Positions 44,802 through 53,998 of a DNA stretch of 64,000 nt are shown here, piece by piece. The translations under genes were made by a program, and so were the position numbers. The notes under the pieces are model-generated. The model searched no databases and was not told where the DNA came from. It worked only from the letters and a program-made list of their open reading frames with translations. The stretch comes from a virus. Taxonomy: Duplodnaviria; Caudoviricetes. Each line of letters starts with the position of its first letter. Within the stretch, counting starts at the first letter, position 1. Location of the stretch: positions 42,773 to 106,772 of IMG/VR virus record IMGVR_UViG_3300048503_000032; one strand, given 5' to 3'.

Positions 44802-46823
44802 ATGAAGCATCTTCCCATTTTCGTCGGAGCCCCAGAGCATTTGCGGCAGCGGCAGGATCTGCGGCTGCGGTTGTCGTTGTGCGCAAACGATCTCAGGCTG
44901 CGCTACGGCAGTCAGGTGTGGCTGACTGGCTCGGGGTTGAAGATGGAGGAGCCGCCGGACTGGGATGTAAGGGTAATTGTCGATAACGATGTTTTCGACG
45001 TACATGATCATCATTACTGGGGCATGGAGTCGGTGATGCGTTCGACGTCGTTTTCTCGGACGTTGAAGTTGACTTTCGATGTTCGGATATATCCGTCCCG
45101 CTTGTGGTACATCGGCGAGGCTTTGCGCTTGACGGCTTACGAGGGTGAGCTGCATGGAATAGTGCAGAATGTTTCCAAGTCCACGGAAGAGGAGCTGGAG
45201 GCTAATCGACAGCTCATTGCCAAGCACAAGGATAATCCGGAGTTTCATGTGTTGCTGGGCGCTCTGATATACATGCGCGGCGACAAGGTGACAGCGTTGC
45301 AGGCTTTTATGCGGGCTGTGCAGCTCGATCCTAAATGCGCTCCGGCTTGGTTGAATCTGGGGAATGTGTTTTACGACGCAGGAGAGTATCGTAAGGCGGC
45401 GGTTTACTTCCAGCGTGCGATGGCATTGAAGCCCGACTATCCGCAGGCGTTTGTCAATCTGGCGAATACGCTAGTGCATCTGCGCGCGCATGCATCGGCG
45501 ATTCCGTTCTATGACAGGGCCATTGAGTTGGAGCCCACGCTGGCAGCGGCGTACCACAATAAAGCCAATTGTCTGATTCATCTTAAGAAGTTCGAGCTGG
45601 CGGAGACGGCGATGGAGACGGCTCTAGGCCTGGAGCCGTGGGATGATAAAATTCTCAACACGCTTGGCAATCTGAGAACGTCTCAGGGTGATGATTATGC
45701 GGCCGGCGCAGCTTATAGTCTTGCTCTGGCTGTGGCTCCGCGGTACGCGATGCTCTATACCAATCTAGGGAACATCTTCTCGAATATGGGCCGGTCGAAG
45801 GAAGCCATCGTCAACTACGAGCGTGGCCTGGTGATCGAGCCCAAGAATCCAGGGGTCAGGTATAATCTGGCGCTGGCATATCTGCGCAGCGGAAATTACA
45901 GACTTGGATGGAAGGCTTATGAGGGGCGGTTTGGTTTTAAGGAGTTGGACGTCAAGCCACGCAAGTTTACGCAGCCGGAGTGGAAGGGGGAAGATATAAC
46001 GGGCAAGCGAATTTTGATCTGTGCCGAACAAGGCGTCGGGGATGGTTTCCAGTTCTGTCGTTATTTATCGCTCGTAGCTCGACTAGGTGGTATTGTTTAT
46101 TTCGAGACTCAGCATCGGTCGCAGCGGGTTATGGCGACGGTGGACGGAGTCAGGTTGGTACTGACTCGCGGATTGGCACTGCCTGAGTTTGATCTGCATT
46201 GTGCTTTGATGAGCTTGCCTGCGATTTTCAAGACTGACATTCATACGGTGCCGATGAACATCCCCTATATTCGTGCCTGGGCATGGGAGGTCGAAGAGCA
46301 GCGTAAGCGGTTTCCGCAGCCAGGATTCAGAATAGGCGTTTTTTGGGCCGGTAATCCACGTTATAAAAAGGATGCAGATCGGTCGTTTTCACTGAGCGAG
46401 TTTGCGCCTCTAGCTTCTATCGATGGCGTCACATTATTCTCTCTTCAGTTCGGGCCAGCGGTTGCGCAGATCGAGAAGTATCAGGATGTAATTCATGTGA
46501 TCGATGCTTCATCTAAGGCGCGGGATTTTGCGGAGACAGCGGCTCTTATTGAGACTCTCGATCTGGTAATTTGCAGTGATTCGTCGCCTGCTCATCTAGC
46601 GGCTGCGATGGGAAAACCTGTATGGTTATTGTTATCATACTTACCTGACTGGCGGTGGATGGATGTAGGAACTACTACACCGTGGTATCCGAAGATGCGG
46701 CTATTTCGTCAGACGTCTCGCGGAGACTGGGCGGGCGTCTTTGTACGGGTTCGAGCGGCTTTGGCCGATAAACTCAGAGGAGCTACAAATGACTGTGTTG
46801 CGATTGAAGAACGGCAAACCTGA
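44802..46823 (+). CDS. Nucleotidyltransferase-like + TPR + GT9-type glycosyltransferase fusion
   Basis: VWLTGS...DWDVRV; several TPRs (AWLNLGN, YTNLGN); EQGVGD, DLVICSDSSPAHLAAAMGKP, DWRW, PWYP. Confidence 0.85.
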   Translation: MKHLPIFVGAPEHLRQRQDLRLRLSLCANDLRLRYGSQVWLTGSGLKMEEPPDWDVRVIVDNDVFDVHDHHYWGMESVMRSTSFSRTLKLTFDVRIYPSRLWYIGEALRLTAYEGELHGIVQNVSKSTEEELEANRQLIAKHKDNPEFHVLLGALIYMRGDKVTALQAFMRAVQLDPKCAPAWLNLGNVFYDAGEYRKAAVYFQRAMALKPDYPQAFVNLANTLVHLRAHASAIPFYDRAIELEPTLAAAYHNKANCLIHLKKFELAETAMETALGLEPWDDKILNTLGNLRTSQGDDYAAGAAYSLALAVAPRYAMLYTNLGNIFSNMGRSKEAIVNYERGLVIEPKNPGVRYNLALAYLRSGNYRLGWKAYEGRFGFKELDVKPRKFTQPEWKGEDITGKRILICAEQGVGDGFQFCRYLSLVARLGGIVYFETQHRSQRVMATVDGVRLVLTRGLALPEFDLHCALMSLPAIFKTDIHTVPMNIPYIRAWAWEVEEQRKRFPQPGFRIGVFWAGNPRYKKDADRSFSLSEFAPLASIDGVTLFSLQFGPAVAQIEKYQDVIHVIDASSKARDFAETAALIETLDLVICSDSSPAHLAAAMGKPVWLLLSYLPDWRWMDVGTTTPWYPKMRLFRQTSRGDWAGVFVRVRAALADKLRGATNDCVAIEERQT

Positions 46824-46937
46824 CGGCGTGATTTTGGATGGCGTTTCAGAACCTTTGGCTCGGGTGGTAGCCGACAATTTGAATCTTGAGGCCAGACAGA
46901 GTGGGTTTGTTTATAGAGTGGAGCAGGAGCCGAAGAA

Positions 46938-47918
46938 GTGATATTAGAGGACTTGTTGATTCAGTCCGGCGTTGACTACGAGCCTGTGCGCGGCAGCAAG
47001 GATGAGGTGTTGATCGCTTGTCCGTTCTGTACAGGCGCGTCGGACGTGGCTGGCGAGCGCAAGGTGTTTGGGCTGGATTTGGTCAACGGCAAGGCCCATT
47101 GCTTCCGCTGTGATTTTAAGTCTAACAGCGTGGTCTACACGGCGCGCCTGCTTTGCAGGGCGTGGGGGATCAGCTTTAATTGGCGGCTTCGCCTGAGTGC
47201 GGCTGAGGCTCAGGAAACGGTGTCTGAGCGCAAGCCTAAGCCCAAGTTGGCAGCGGAACCTGTTGGATTGCCTTCGGAGTATGAGCCATTCGGTGATCCG
47301 ACGGATGAGATCGAGCAGTTGGCGACTGCATATCTACAGGGCCGCGGAATCACACGACGGGATATCAAGGACTACCAGATCGGGTTTGCTGGGGCCGGCG
47401 ACTTCTCATGGCGCATAATGTTCCCGGTGATCGGCGAGGATGGTGTCGTTTATGGTTGTGTTGGCAGGGACTTCTCAGGCAAGAGCAAGATGCCATATCG
47501 CAACACTGAGGGTATCCGTCTGTTGTGGAACGGTCAGCATGAAGCGAAGACTGCGGTGGTGTGTGAAGGGGTCATGGATGCGATTCGCGTGAATAGGGTT
47601 CTGCGAGAAGAGTTTCCAGATCATGTAGCGATGGCGGCTCTGGGCGCAGGGCTGACTCCGGAGCAGCTGGCGCAGCTTGCCAAGTATGAGACGGTGGTTC
47701 TGTTTTCGGACTGGGATGTGGCTGGCATTAAGGAGACGGCACAGCGCGCGGCTGTCTGCGAGGAGGCAGGGTTGACGACTCGGGTGGTCGAGCCCGATTC
47801 GATGACGGGAGATGATCCAGACAGTATGCCGCGTGAGCAGATCGTAGGTTGCATCGTGTCGGCTCGGCTTTGGACGAAGAGCGAACAGTATAGATTGCGG
47901 TTACGGGCGTTGAAGTAG
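46938..47918 (+). CDS. dnaG: DNA primase (Zn finger + TOPRIM)
   Basis: CPFC...HCFRC; YLQGRGI; VVCEGVMD; DWDVAG. Confidence 0.9.
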   Translation: MILEDLLIQSGVDYEPVRGSKDEVLIACPFCTGASDVAGERKVFGLDLVNGKAHCFRCDFKSNSVVYTARLLCRAWGISFNWRLRLSAAEAQETVSERKPKPKLAAEPVGLPSEYEPFGDPTDEIEQLATAYLQGRGITRRDIKDYQIGFAGAGDFSWRIMFPVIGEDGVVYGCVGRDFSGKSKMPYRNTEGIRLLWNGQHEAKTAVVCEGVMDAIRVNRVLREEFPDHVAMAALGAGLTPEQLAQLAKYETVVLFSDWDVAGIKETAQRAAVCEEAGLTTRVVEPDSMTGDDPDSMPREQIVGCIVSARLWTKSEQYRLRLRALK

Positions 47919-47929
47919 AGGAGACTCAT

Positions 47930-48886
47930 ATGCACGTTCTGATTATCGATGGGCGCAACGCGCTCTACAGGTTCGCCTATGTAGGTAAGAATCTGAAGGC
48001 AGCGGATGGCAGAGACACAGGCGGCATCCACGGACTACTCTCAGGGATGCTGGCGATGAAGCGACGATTTCCCGATGCGAAGTTTGTAGTCGTGTGGGAT
48101 GGCGGCGACACAAACAATTCATGGCGCAACAAGTTATTCCCGGACTACAAATCCAATCGGCGGGTAGGGGTCACGGCGGAGTTGATGGCGCTGCGATCAT
48201 CGGTGAATATCCAGATCGATGTGGTCAGGAAGATTCTTGACGGCGTCGGTGTCTCGCAGTTGGAGGTTGCACAGCTTGAGGCCGACGATATGGTGGGCAT
48301 TCTGTCGGCGAAGTGTATGTCGCATCGCTGGCAGACTACGGTCTACAGTTCGGATCAGGATTATCTTCAGTTGATGCAGTATGGTGTGGGTATCTTGCCG
48401 TTGGCAACAGGGCCGCTGGCGAAGGAGTTAGATATCCGTAGCAAGTGGCGGTGTTCGAGCGACAATTTATTGAAGCTGCGCGCGATCCTGGGCGACCATT
48501 CGGATGGGATACCACGCGCTGTCTCAGGGGTTGGGCCGGTGGCGGCGGCTCGGTACATCGACGCTGGCATCGATTCATCGCTGCCCAGGTTCGCGGATCT
48601 ACCACAGAGCGCACGTCTCGATAGTGAGCGGCTGAAGTCGTACTGGCCGGTGATTCATATGAACTGGCGGCTCATGCGGATTCTGCGCAGTTGCAACGAC
48701 CACGAGCTGGAGCGGGATGTCGCTCTGGCAGCGGTGGCGGAGGTGCGGCGGGTGGTCGCGGAGCTGGATAATCCGGTGCAGCGGGTTCGGGCGGCTTACG
48801 ATGAAATGCTGGCAATCTTCGCGGATCTCGACTTATCGGTCGCAATCGAGAATCGTCAGGCCATCTGGCGACTTCAGGTTGTTTAG
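47930..48886 (+). CDS. 5'-3' exonuclease (FEN/PolI N-terminal-like)
   Basis: IIDG, VVWDGG, PDYKSNR, EADD, SSDQD, GDHSDGI..V.GVGP. Confidence 0.92.
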   Translation: MHVLIIDGRNALYRFAYVGKNLKAADGRDTGGIHGLLSGMLAMKRRFPDAKFVVVWDGGDTNNSWRNKLFPDYKSNRRVGVTAELMALRSSVNIQIDVVRKILDGVGVSQLEVAQLEADDMVGILSAKCMSHRWQTTVYSSDQDYLQLMQYGVGILPLATGPLAKELDIRSKWRCSSDNLLKLRAILGDHSDGIPRAVSGVGPVAAARYIDAGIDSSLPRFADLPQSARLDSERLKSYWPVIHMNWRLMRILRSCNDHELERDVALAAVAEVRRVVAELDNPVQRVRAAYDEMLAIFADLDLSVAIENRQAIWRLQVV

Positions 48887-48917
48887 CCTATTGGACTTAG
48901 ACGCCGAAAATAAATCG

Positions 48918-48955
48918 AAATAAAGACTTGACACGTTCTGGATATGGTGTAATCT
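48918..48955 (+). promoter_or_regulatory. Early-type promoter, copy 3
   Basis: AAATAAAGACTTGACACGTT, 16-nt spacer, TAATCT. Confidence 0.85.
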
Positions 48956-48981
48956 ATATCTGTGGTCAAGGAGATCAAGAC

Positions 48982-49311
48982 ATGCGACGATTCGCTACTG
49001 AGCAGCTCATCAAGAACCTCAAGGTCGAGGACGTGGTTGACGTTTACTCTGGTAAGGATAACAAGTGCTGCTGCGGTTGCTCGGGCAAGTACTCGTATGC
49101 GTCGGCTCATCGTGCATTGGCTGCTGTGATGGCGGCGCACAGTTTAGTCCATGAATGTCGCCAGTATCGGCGCGTCTTCAAAAATGGCATGTGGCGTTCA
49201 GAACTGCGCCAGAATAAGCCTTTAGAGCATGTTCTGGCCTATCTTGACGCGCGGGCAAACGTACTGCGCGGTGGATTTTACACGAAGTATCGGGGCACAA
49301 TCGCAGCCTAA
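48982..49311 (+). CDS. Hypothetical protein (YSGK..CCCGCSGKY motif)
   Basis: AAGGAG RBS. Confidence 0.7.
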   Translation: MRRFATEQLIKNLKVEDVVDVYSGKDNKCCCGCSGKYSYASAHRALAAVMAAHSLVHECRQYRRVFKNGMWRSELRQNKPLEHVLAYLDARANVLRGGFYTKYRGTIAA

Positions 49312-49336
49312 CGGTTTTGTTGCATGAGGTGAAGAG

Positions 49337-49567
49337 ATGACAACCGCAGATGTGCAAGAGTTGATTTCGAGGGGAGATTTTCACCACGCTACGCACCGGC
49401 CACAGCAGTTTGACAGCTTGTTCATCTACCGGAGAGACGATGACGGATTCCGTGGATACACCCTATTTGGCGGAGTTTCCAATCGCACAGACCCTACGAC
49501 GTTCGCTCAAGTATCAGAGATTGTGCGCCACACTGGGATTAGCGTGGGCGCATTCGGCAACGGGTAG
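49337..49567 (+). CDS. Hypothetical protein
   Basis: GAGGTG RBS. Confidence 0.65.
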   Translation: MTTADVQELISRGDFHHATHRPQQFDSLFIYRRDDDGFRGYTLFGGVSNRTDPTTFAQVSEIVRHTGISVGAFGNG

Positions 49568-49637
49568 CAGCCTAACAGAGTAGCACAGGAGGCAAATAAA
49601 TGACCGACATAGCAGCGATCAGGATGGGGAGGAAGTA

Positions 49638-50408
49638 ATGGAAATCAAGAATATCTACGGCGCGGTAATTTATACGTCGCAAGCGGCAACAGTGAAGGAT
49701 GCGGTTGTCGAGGCGGTAGCGAAGAAGTCCAACCTCTGGGGTGCCAACCTCAGGGGTGCCAACCTCTGGGATGCCGACCTCAGGGGTGCCAACCTCAGGG
49801 GTGCCAACCTCAGGGATGCCGACCTCAGGGGTGCCAACCTCAGGGATGCCGACCTCAGGGATGCCAACCTCTGGGGTGCCAACCTCAGGGGTGCCAACCT
49901 CAGGGATGCCGACCTCAGGGGTGCCAACCTCAGGGATGCCAACCTCTGGGATGCCAACCTCTGGGGTGCCAACCTCAGGGGTGCCGACCTCAGGGATGCC
50001 AACCTCTGGGGTGCCAACCTCAGGGATGCCGACCTCAGGGGTGCCAACCTCAGGGATGCCGACCTCAGGGGTGCCAACCTCTGGGATGCCGACCTCAGGG
50101 ATGCCAACCTCTGGGGTGCCAACCTCAGGGATGCCAACCTCAGGGATGCCAACGGTGAGAAGAAAAAGATCGTCACAATGCGCGCCTTTACCGGCCTCTA
50201 CGAATATCAGGTGTGGGCCGTGCTGTTTGAGGACGGTTCGCGTTGGGTGCGAATGGGGTGCCTCTGGAAATCGCTGGACGAGTGGAAGAAGGTTGGCATT
50301 CGCAAGAGCAACCTGTCGCAATATCCAGACGACGGCTCGTACAAGAGCGAGGAACGCGTGGCGGCGTTCGAGTTCGCAAAGGCTGCGGCACTAAGGATGA
50401 AGCCATGA
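49638..50408 (+). CDS. Pentapeptide-repeat protein
   Basis: About 28 A(N/D)L(R/W)(G/D) repeats. Confidence 0.92.
   Translation: MEIKNIYGAVIYTSQAATVKDAVVEAVAKKSNLWGANLRGANLWDADLRGANLRGANLRDADLRGANLRDADLRDANLWGANLRGANLRDADLRGANLRDANLWDANLWGANLRGADLRDANLWGANLRDADLRGANLRDADLRGANLWDADLRDANLWGANLRDANLRDANGEKKKIVTMRAFTGLYEYQVWAVLFEDGSRWVRMGCLWKSLDEWKKVGIRKSNLSQYPDDGSYKSEERVAAFEFAKAAALRMKP
49729..50153 (+). repeat. 15-bp tandem repeat GCCRACCTCWGGGRT
   Basis: Directly visible; three binary variable positions. Confidence 0.95.
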
Positions 50409-50995
50409 CTGACATATCCACGCAGGAGCGGGAAGCGCAGTTGAGGAAGATGGAGCGCACGGTGATGGAGAAGACATTCACGGTCAGGAATGTAGTGCAG
50501 AAGGCTCTGTTCGAGAAGGAGATTCTCGGACAGCTCTCTGACGGCATGTGGGAGACTTCACGGCCGTTGTATCATTGGAAGGTATGGAGCGGTTATCCGG
50601 TGGTTGTCGCAGCTGGGGGTGGTGTTGTCGGTCGCACCTTTGGTGCCTGCAAGGACAATTACAATTTACTCAGGTTGGCGGAGAACAACATCGTGCGGGA
50701 TCGCATGATCTTGATTGCCAAGCTGACGCTGACGTTCGGCGAGGTCATGTATCCTCTGGTGTCCAAGCTGTTCGACTGGCAGGGGAACTGGCGCGGCATG
50801 CCCAAGTGCAGCGGCAGGAGTGGATCGACGGATGCTGAGGACAAGTTGAATCTGCGGTTGCTCGAGTTGTTCCCCACGCCTGAGCGTTTGGAGACGGTCA
50901 GGACTCTGACGGAGATGCAGCGGTACACCAAGAACGATCTGCTGGCGGATCTCAGGGATCTCAAGGCGGAGATGAAGACGTATCTGAAGGCGTAG
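50405..50995 (+). CDS. Hypothetical protein
   Basis: ATGA overlap; EILGQLSDGMWE. Confidence 0.7.
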   Translation: MTDISTQEREAQLRKMERTVMEKTFTVRNVVQKALFEKEILGQLSDGMWETSRPLYHWKVWSGYPVVVAAGGGVVGRTFGACKDNYNLLRLAENNIVRDRMILIAKLTLTFGEVMYPLVSKLFDWQGNWRGMPKCSGRSGSTDAEDKLNLRLLELFPTPERLETVRTLTEMQRYTKNDLLADLRDLKAEMKTYLKA

Positions 50996-51217
50996 TACAA
51001 ATCTGAAGTGAAGGGGTAATTCACATGCGTTATGTAAAGGTGCTGGTGCATCTATCTGCTTTAGAGATGGAACTTTGCGACGGGGATTGTGTGGTAGCGC
51101 GCGCCATGTTGTCTGGGCGGTATACTAACTCTGACGATGCGTTCGCGGAGATGCTTGCTTGGATTGAGCGCGGTGTTTTGCTATCGGATACTGCTTTGCA
51201 GTTGACACTGTAGTCGA

Positions 51218-52840
51218 GTGGTGTTCTACTTCGTCGGTATCCTATTTCGATTTCGAGGTTCGTCAATGAGCGTGACTGGCATCTCCCGTATGGTGGATTC
51301 GTGCAGCGACATGGTTCACAAGAAGGCAATCAAAACTTACCAGCATATTGCTCCGGAGAATAAGCGTTGGATCGACCTCGAAGACGTGATCCAAGAGGGT
51401 TTGATTAAGGCGTGGGAAACCGAGCAGTCTTACACGCAGCACTGGGCAGAGTCTGACGCACCGACTCATTTCAAGAGCAAGTTTTCGACCTACCTATTCC
51501 GTGGACTCGACATGCTGTTCTCTGGCCGGTACTCGATTCCGTTGAGCGCGCGTAAGCGGGTTACCAAGTTGGTCGAGTTGGATGCGCCGATCGGTGGCGA
51601 GGACGGCGCTTCCCACATCGATATCCCATCGCATAATGTATCGCCAGAGAGAATGTTTCAGGCTATCTCGGGTGTGGTGCAGGTCTGCTACGCTATTCCG
51701 CCGGCGGCGCTGTCGTTTCTGCTGGGCGTGATTGTCTCGGATGCGGGCAGGATTAGACGACGGACAGCGAATGACATAGCATGTATTCCAGATGCATGTT
51801 CCAGGTTTGGGGTCACTCGGTACGACTTAGAGTTGATCATGGGCGATCTGGAGTCGAAGAGCAGAGTGCTGGAGAGCGTGATGGCGGCAGATGCGAAGTT
51901 GGGCGAGGACGATGTCAAGGTGCTGGAGTGTGTGACGTGCCGGGGGATGTTCTCTCTGGGCGATGTCAGGACGGGCAATTACTCGGTGACCAGTCTTACC
52001 TGCCATGCATGTTTGAAGAAATTGTACGAAGAATCGGACAGCAGCTCTTGCTTTGGACGCATGAAAGTGGTATACAATAACAAGACGGCGACAGAGGGTT
52101 ACTCTGAAGCCGATACAGAATGCAGACTTCATTGTAGGGATCGTGCAGCATGTAGGAAATTCATCAAGGAAGGTAGGACGAATATGACACCTGAGAAAGT
52201 TGCCAATATGGAATTCGATCTGGAAGATGTAGACCTGAGCAACATCGAGGCTGCGGAACCCGTGGCCACCACAACCAAACCTGCGAAGAGCAGCAGCAAG
52301 AAGGCCGCAGCCAAGGCACCGGCGAAGACCGTAACCAAGGCAGTGAAGAAGGCGGAGCCGGTCAAGGCAGCGAAGAAAGCGGAAGCTCCCAAGGCCGATA
52401 AGACAGCAGTCAAGGCACCGGCGAAGGTGGCGACGAAGAAAGCGGCCAAGCCCGAGGGCGAGAAGCATGTGCGGACTGCCAAGTCCACGGCCAAGATCGA
52501 TCCGAAGGTGGCCAAGGCGCAGGGACTCATCAAGCTCGACGACCAGGGCCGCGACCTGCCGTTCAAGCAGGGATCAACGATGCGGTATTGTCTGGAGCAG
52601 GCGCTGGCTCCGGGCGGCGTGAAGGAGAAGGATCTGGAGAGGGAGCTGACCAAGCTCGGGTATTCGTATCCGTTGCAGCGGTCTGTCCTGATGTCCGGCA
52701 AGAGCGGCGACAGTTCGTTCAGACCCTACCCCAGCACGCATGTGTGGAAGGCTGAAGTGAAGGGCGACCGAATCATCGTGTCGGACGTTAAACGGATCGC
52801 TTTTTATCACAAGATGGCGCGCATTCAGTCTGCGAAGTAA
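51218..52840 (+). CDS. Sigma-factor region 2-like domain + Cys-rich domain + Lys/Ala-rich histone H1-like region (start uncertain; internal start likely at 52184)
   Basis: DLEDVIQEGLIKAW...KFSTY; CVTC, CHAC, CFG, CRLHC; KKAAAKAPAK repeats. Confidence 0.7.
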   Translation: MVFYFVGILFRFRGSSMSVTGISRMVDSCSDMVHKKAIKTYQHIAPENKRWIDLEDVIQEGLIKAWETEQSYTQHWAESDAPTHFKSKFSTYLFRGLDMLFSGRYSIPLSARKRVTKLVELDAPIGGEDGASHIDIPSHNVSPERMFQAISGVVQVCYAIPPAALSFLLGVIVSDAGRIRRRTANDIACIPDACSRFGVTRYDLELIMGDLESKSRVLESVMAADAKLGEDDVKVLECVTCRGMFSLGDVRTGNYSVTSLTCHACLKKLYEESDSSSCFGRMKVVYNNKTATEGYSEADTECRLHCRDRAACRKFIKEGRTNMTPEKVANMEFDLEDVDLSNIEAAEPVATTTKPAKSSSKKAAAKAPAKTVTKAVKKAEPVKAAKKAEAPKADKTAVKAPAKVATKKAAKPEGEKHVRTAKSTAKIDPKVAKAQGLIKLDDQGRDLPFKQGSTMRYCLEQALAPGGVKEKDLERELTKLGYSYPLQRSVLMSGKSGDSSFRPYPSTHVWKAEVKGDRIIVSDVKRIAFYHKMARIQSAK

Positions 52841-52866
52841 TCGGCCGGCAAGCTGGTTAGGTTGGC

Positions 52867-52901
52867 GAGGTCATCCTAGAGATGGGATGGCCTCACTTTT
52901 T
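52867..52901 (+). terminator. Intrinsic terminator insulating the tRNA array
   Basis: GAGGTCATCCT-agagat-GGGATGGCCTC-ACTTTTT. Confidence 0.85.
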
Positions 52902-52938
52902 ACTTGCAGGAATATCGAGTCTGTGGTGTACTCAATAA

Positions 52939-53014
52939 AGCGGCCGAGTGATGATGGCTTCACGCCAGTCTCATAAGCTGGAAATCGGCAGTTCGACTCT
53001 GCTGGCCGCTACCA
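52939..53014 (+). tRNA. tRNA-Met/Ile2 (CAT), upstream of attenuator 1
   Basis: AGCGGCC/GGCCGCT, CCAGT-CTCATAA-GCTGG, TTCGA, CCA. Confidence 0.88.
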
Positions 53015-53028
53015 TTAGGAGTACGGAA

Positions 53029-53112
53029 ATGAAGATGCAGTTATCCAGTTCGCGCTATCTCTCGTCACTCGATTGCCTGAGTGCGAGTCGGCGTGTTCTG
53101 GATCAGACTTAG
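53029..53112 (+). CDS. Leader peptide 1 MKMQLSSSRYLSSLDCLSASRRVLDQT
   Basis: AGGAG RBS; L/S/Y/D/C codons match block 1 tRNAs. Confidence 0.85.
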   Translation: MKMQLSSSRYLSSLDCLSASRRVLDQT

Positions 53113-53164
53113 CAAGAGATGATCTGAAGCACACCGACCCGCCAGATGGCGGGTTTTGTTGTTT
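53083..53164 (+). terminator. Attenuator 1: antiterminator 53083-53142 versus terminator 53136-53164
   Basis: GTCGGCGTGTTCTGGATCA pairs with TGATCTGAAGCACACCGAC; ACCCGCC-agat-GGCGGGT-TTTGTTGTTT. Confidence 0.85.
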
Positions 53165-53241
53165 GCGGGGATACGCAAATCGGCAAAGCGGGGATTCCTA
53201 AAAAGTCCTGTCTGCGGGTTCGAGGCCCGCTCCCCGTACCA
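53165..53241 (+). tRNA. tRNA-Leu (TAA), C33
   Basis: GGATT-CCTAAAA-AGTCC; CCA end. Confidence 0.8.
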
Positions 53242-53243
53242 GG

Positions 53244-53318
53244 GCACGACAAGACAATCGGATAGTCGGCAGACTGCAAATCTGCTCTTGTCCCGTTCGA
53301 CTCGGGAGTCGTGCTCCA
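53244..53318 (+). tRNA. tRNA-Cys (GCA)
   Basis: GCAGA-CTGCAAA-TCTGC; U73; CCA. Confidence 0.9.
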
Positions 53319-53336
53319 GTTCTTTGACAATTGATT

Positions 53337-53414
53337 GCGCTGGTGACGGGAATAGGAATACCTATCAGGTCGAGAGCCTGGTGATTGTGGGTTCGAGGCC
53401 CACCCAGCGCACCA
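53337..53414 (+). tRNA. tRNA-Leu (GAG), C33
   Basis: TCAGG-TCGAGAG-CCTGG; CCA. Confidence 0.85.
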
Positions 53415-53417
53415 TGT

Positions 53418-53494
53418 GCCGGTGTATGCAAATAGGCAAAGCAGCTTCGCTTAGAACGAAGTGTTTGGGGGTTCGATTCCCTTCACCGGTACCA
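53418..53494 (+). tRNA. tRNA-Leu (TAG)
   Basis: CTTCG-CTTAGAA-CGAAG; CCA. Confidence 0.9.
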
Positions 53495-53500
53495 AGTTTG

Positions 53501-53581
53501 GCCGATGTACGCAAACAGGCAAAGCGGCGAAGCTCAAAACTTCGTGATTGACTGTCGGTTCGATTCCGACCATCGGCACCA
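53501..53581 (+). tRNA. tRNA-Leu (CAA)
   Basis: CGAAG-CTCAAAA-CTTCG; CCA. Confidence 0.9.
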
Positions 53582-53586
53582 AGTAT

Positions 53587-53680
53587 GATGGGATGGCTGA
53601 GCGGCTGAAGGCTCTGGTTTGCTAAACCAGCGCACCTCTTTATCGGGGTGTCGTGAGTTCGAATCTCACTCTCATCGCCA
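53587..53680 (+). tRNA. tRNA-Ser (GCT)
   Basis: CTGGT-TTGCTAA-ACCAG; long variable arm; CCA. Confidence 0.93.
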
Positions 53681-53684
53681 GTTT

Positions 53685-53773
53685 GGAGGGTTGGCCGAGT
53701 GGCTGAAGGCACTAGTCCTGAAAACTAGAATACCGAGAGGTATCGCGGGTTCAAATCCACGCACCCTCCTCCA
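53685..53773 (+). tRNA. tRNA-Ser (TGA), C33
   Basis: CTAGT-CCTGAAA-ACTAG; long variable arm; CCA. Confidence 0.88.
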
Positions 53774-53777
53774 TTTC

Positions 53778-53869
53778 GCAAGCGAGGACAGATACGGTTG
53801 GCTGCACCTGACTGTAAATCAGGATCCTCTTCGAGGACATTGGGAGTTCGAATCTCTCCGCTTGCACCA
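53778..53869 (+). tRNA. tRNA-Tyr (GTA)
   Basis: CCTGA-CTGTAAA-TCAGG; long variable arm; CCA. Confidence 0.93.
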
Positions 53870-53873
53870 GTTT

Positions 53874-53947
53874 GGTTTCGTCGTTCAATGTAGGATGCTC
53901 CCTTGTCAGGGGATAAGATGCGGGTTCAAGTCCCGTCGAAACCGCCA
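53874..53947 (+). tRNA. tRNA-Asp (GTC)
   Basis: TCCC-TTGTCAG-GGGA; G73; CCA. Confidence 0.88.
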
Positions 53948-53959
53948 TAAAATTAGTTG

Positions 53960-53988
53960 TTGCATTTCAAGGGAACGTATGGGAAGCT
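53960..53988 (+). promoter_or_regulatory. Candidate promoter for tRNA block 2
   Basis: TTGCAT-17 nt-GAAGCT with TGn extension; weak -10. Confidence 0.45.
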
Positions 53989-53998
53989 AGGAATCGAT

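Noticed and set aside
43667-44818. Long minus-strand ORFs (also 33930-34682, 37431-38210, 39403-40146, 60194-60940, 49572-50321)
   Set aside because: Antisense shadows of well-supported + strand genes in GC-rich DNA
49729-50153. CRISPR-like array
   Set aside because: Contiguous 15-bp coding repeats with no unique spacers; no cas genes seen
53165-53241. Amber suppressor (CTA) tRNA or recoded genome
   Set aside because: Stem register gives loop CCTAAAA, anticodon TAA; long genes are intact in the standard code and TAG ends several of them
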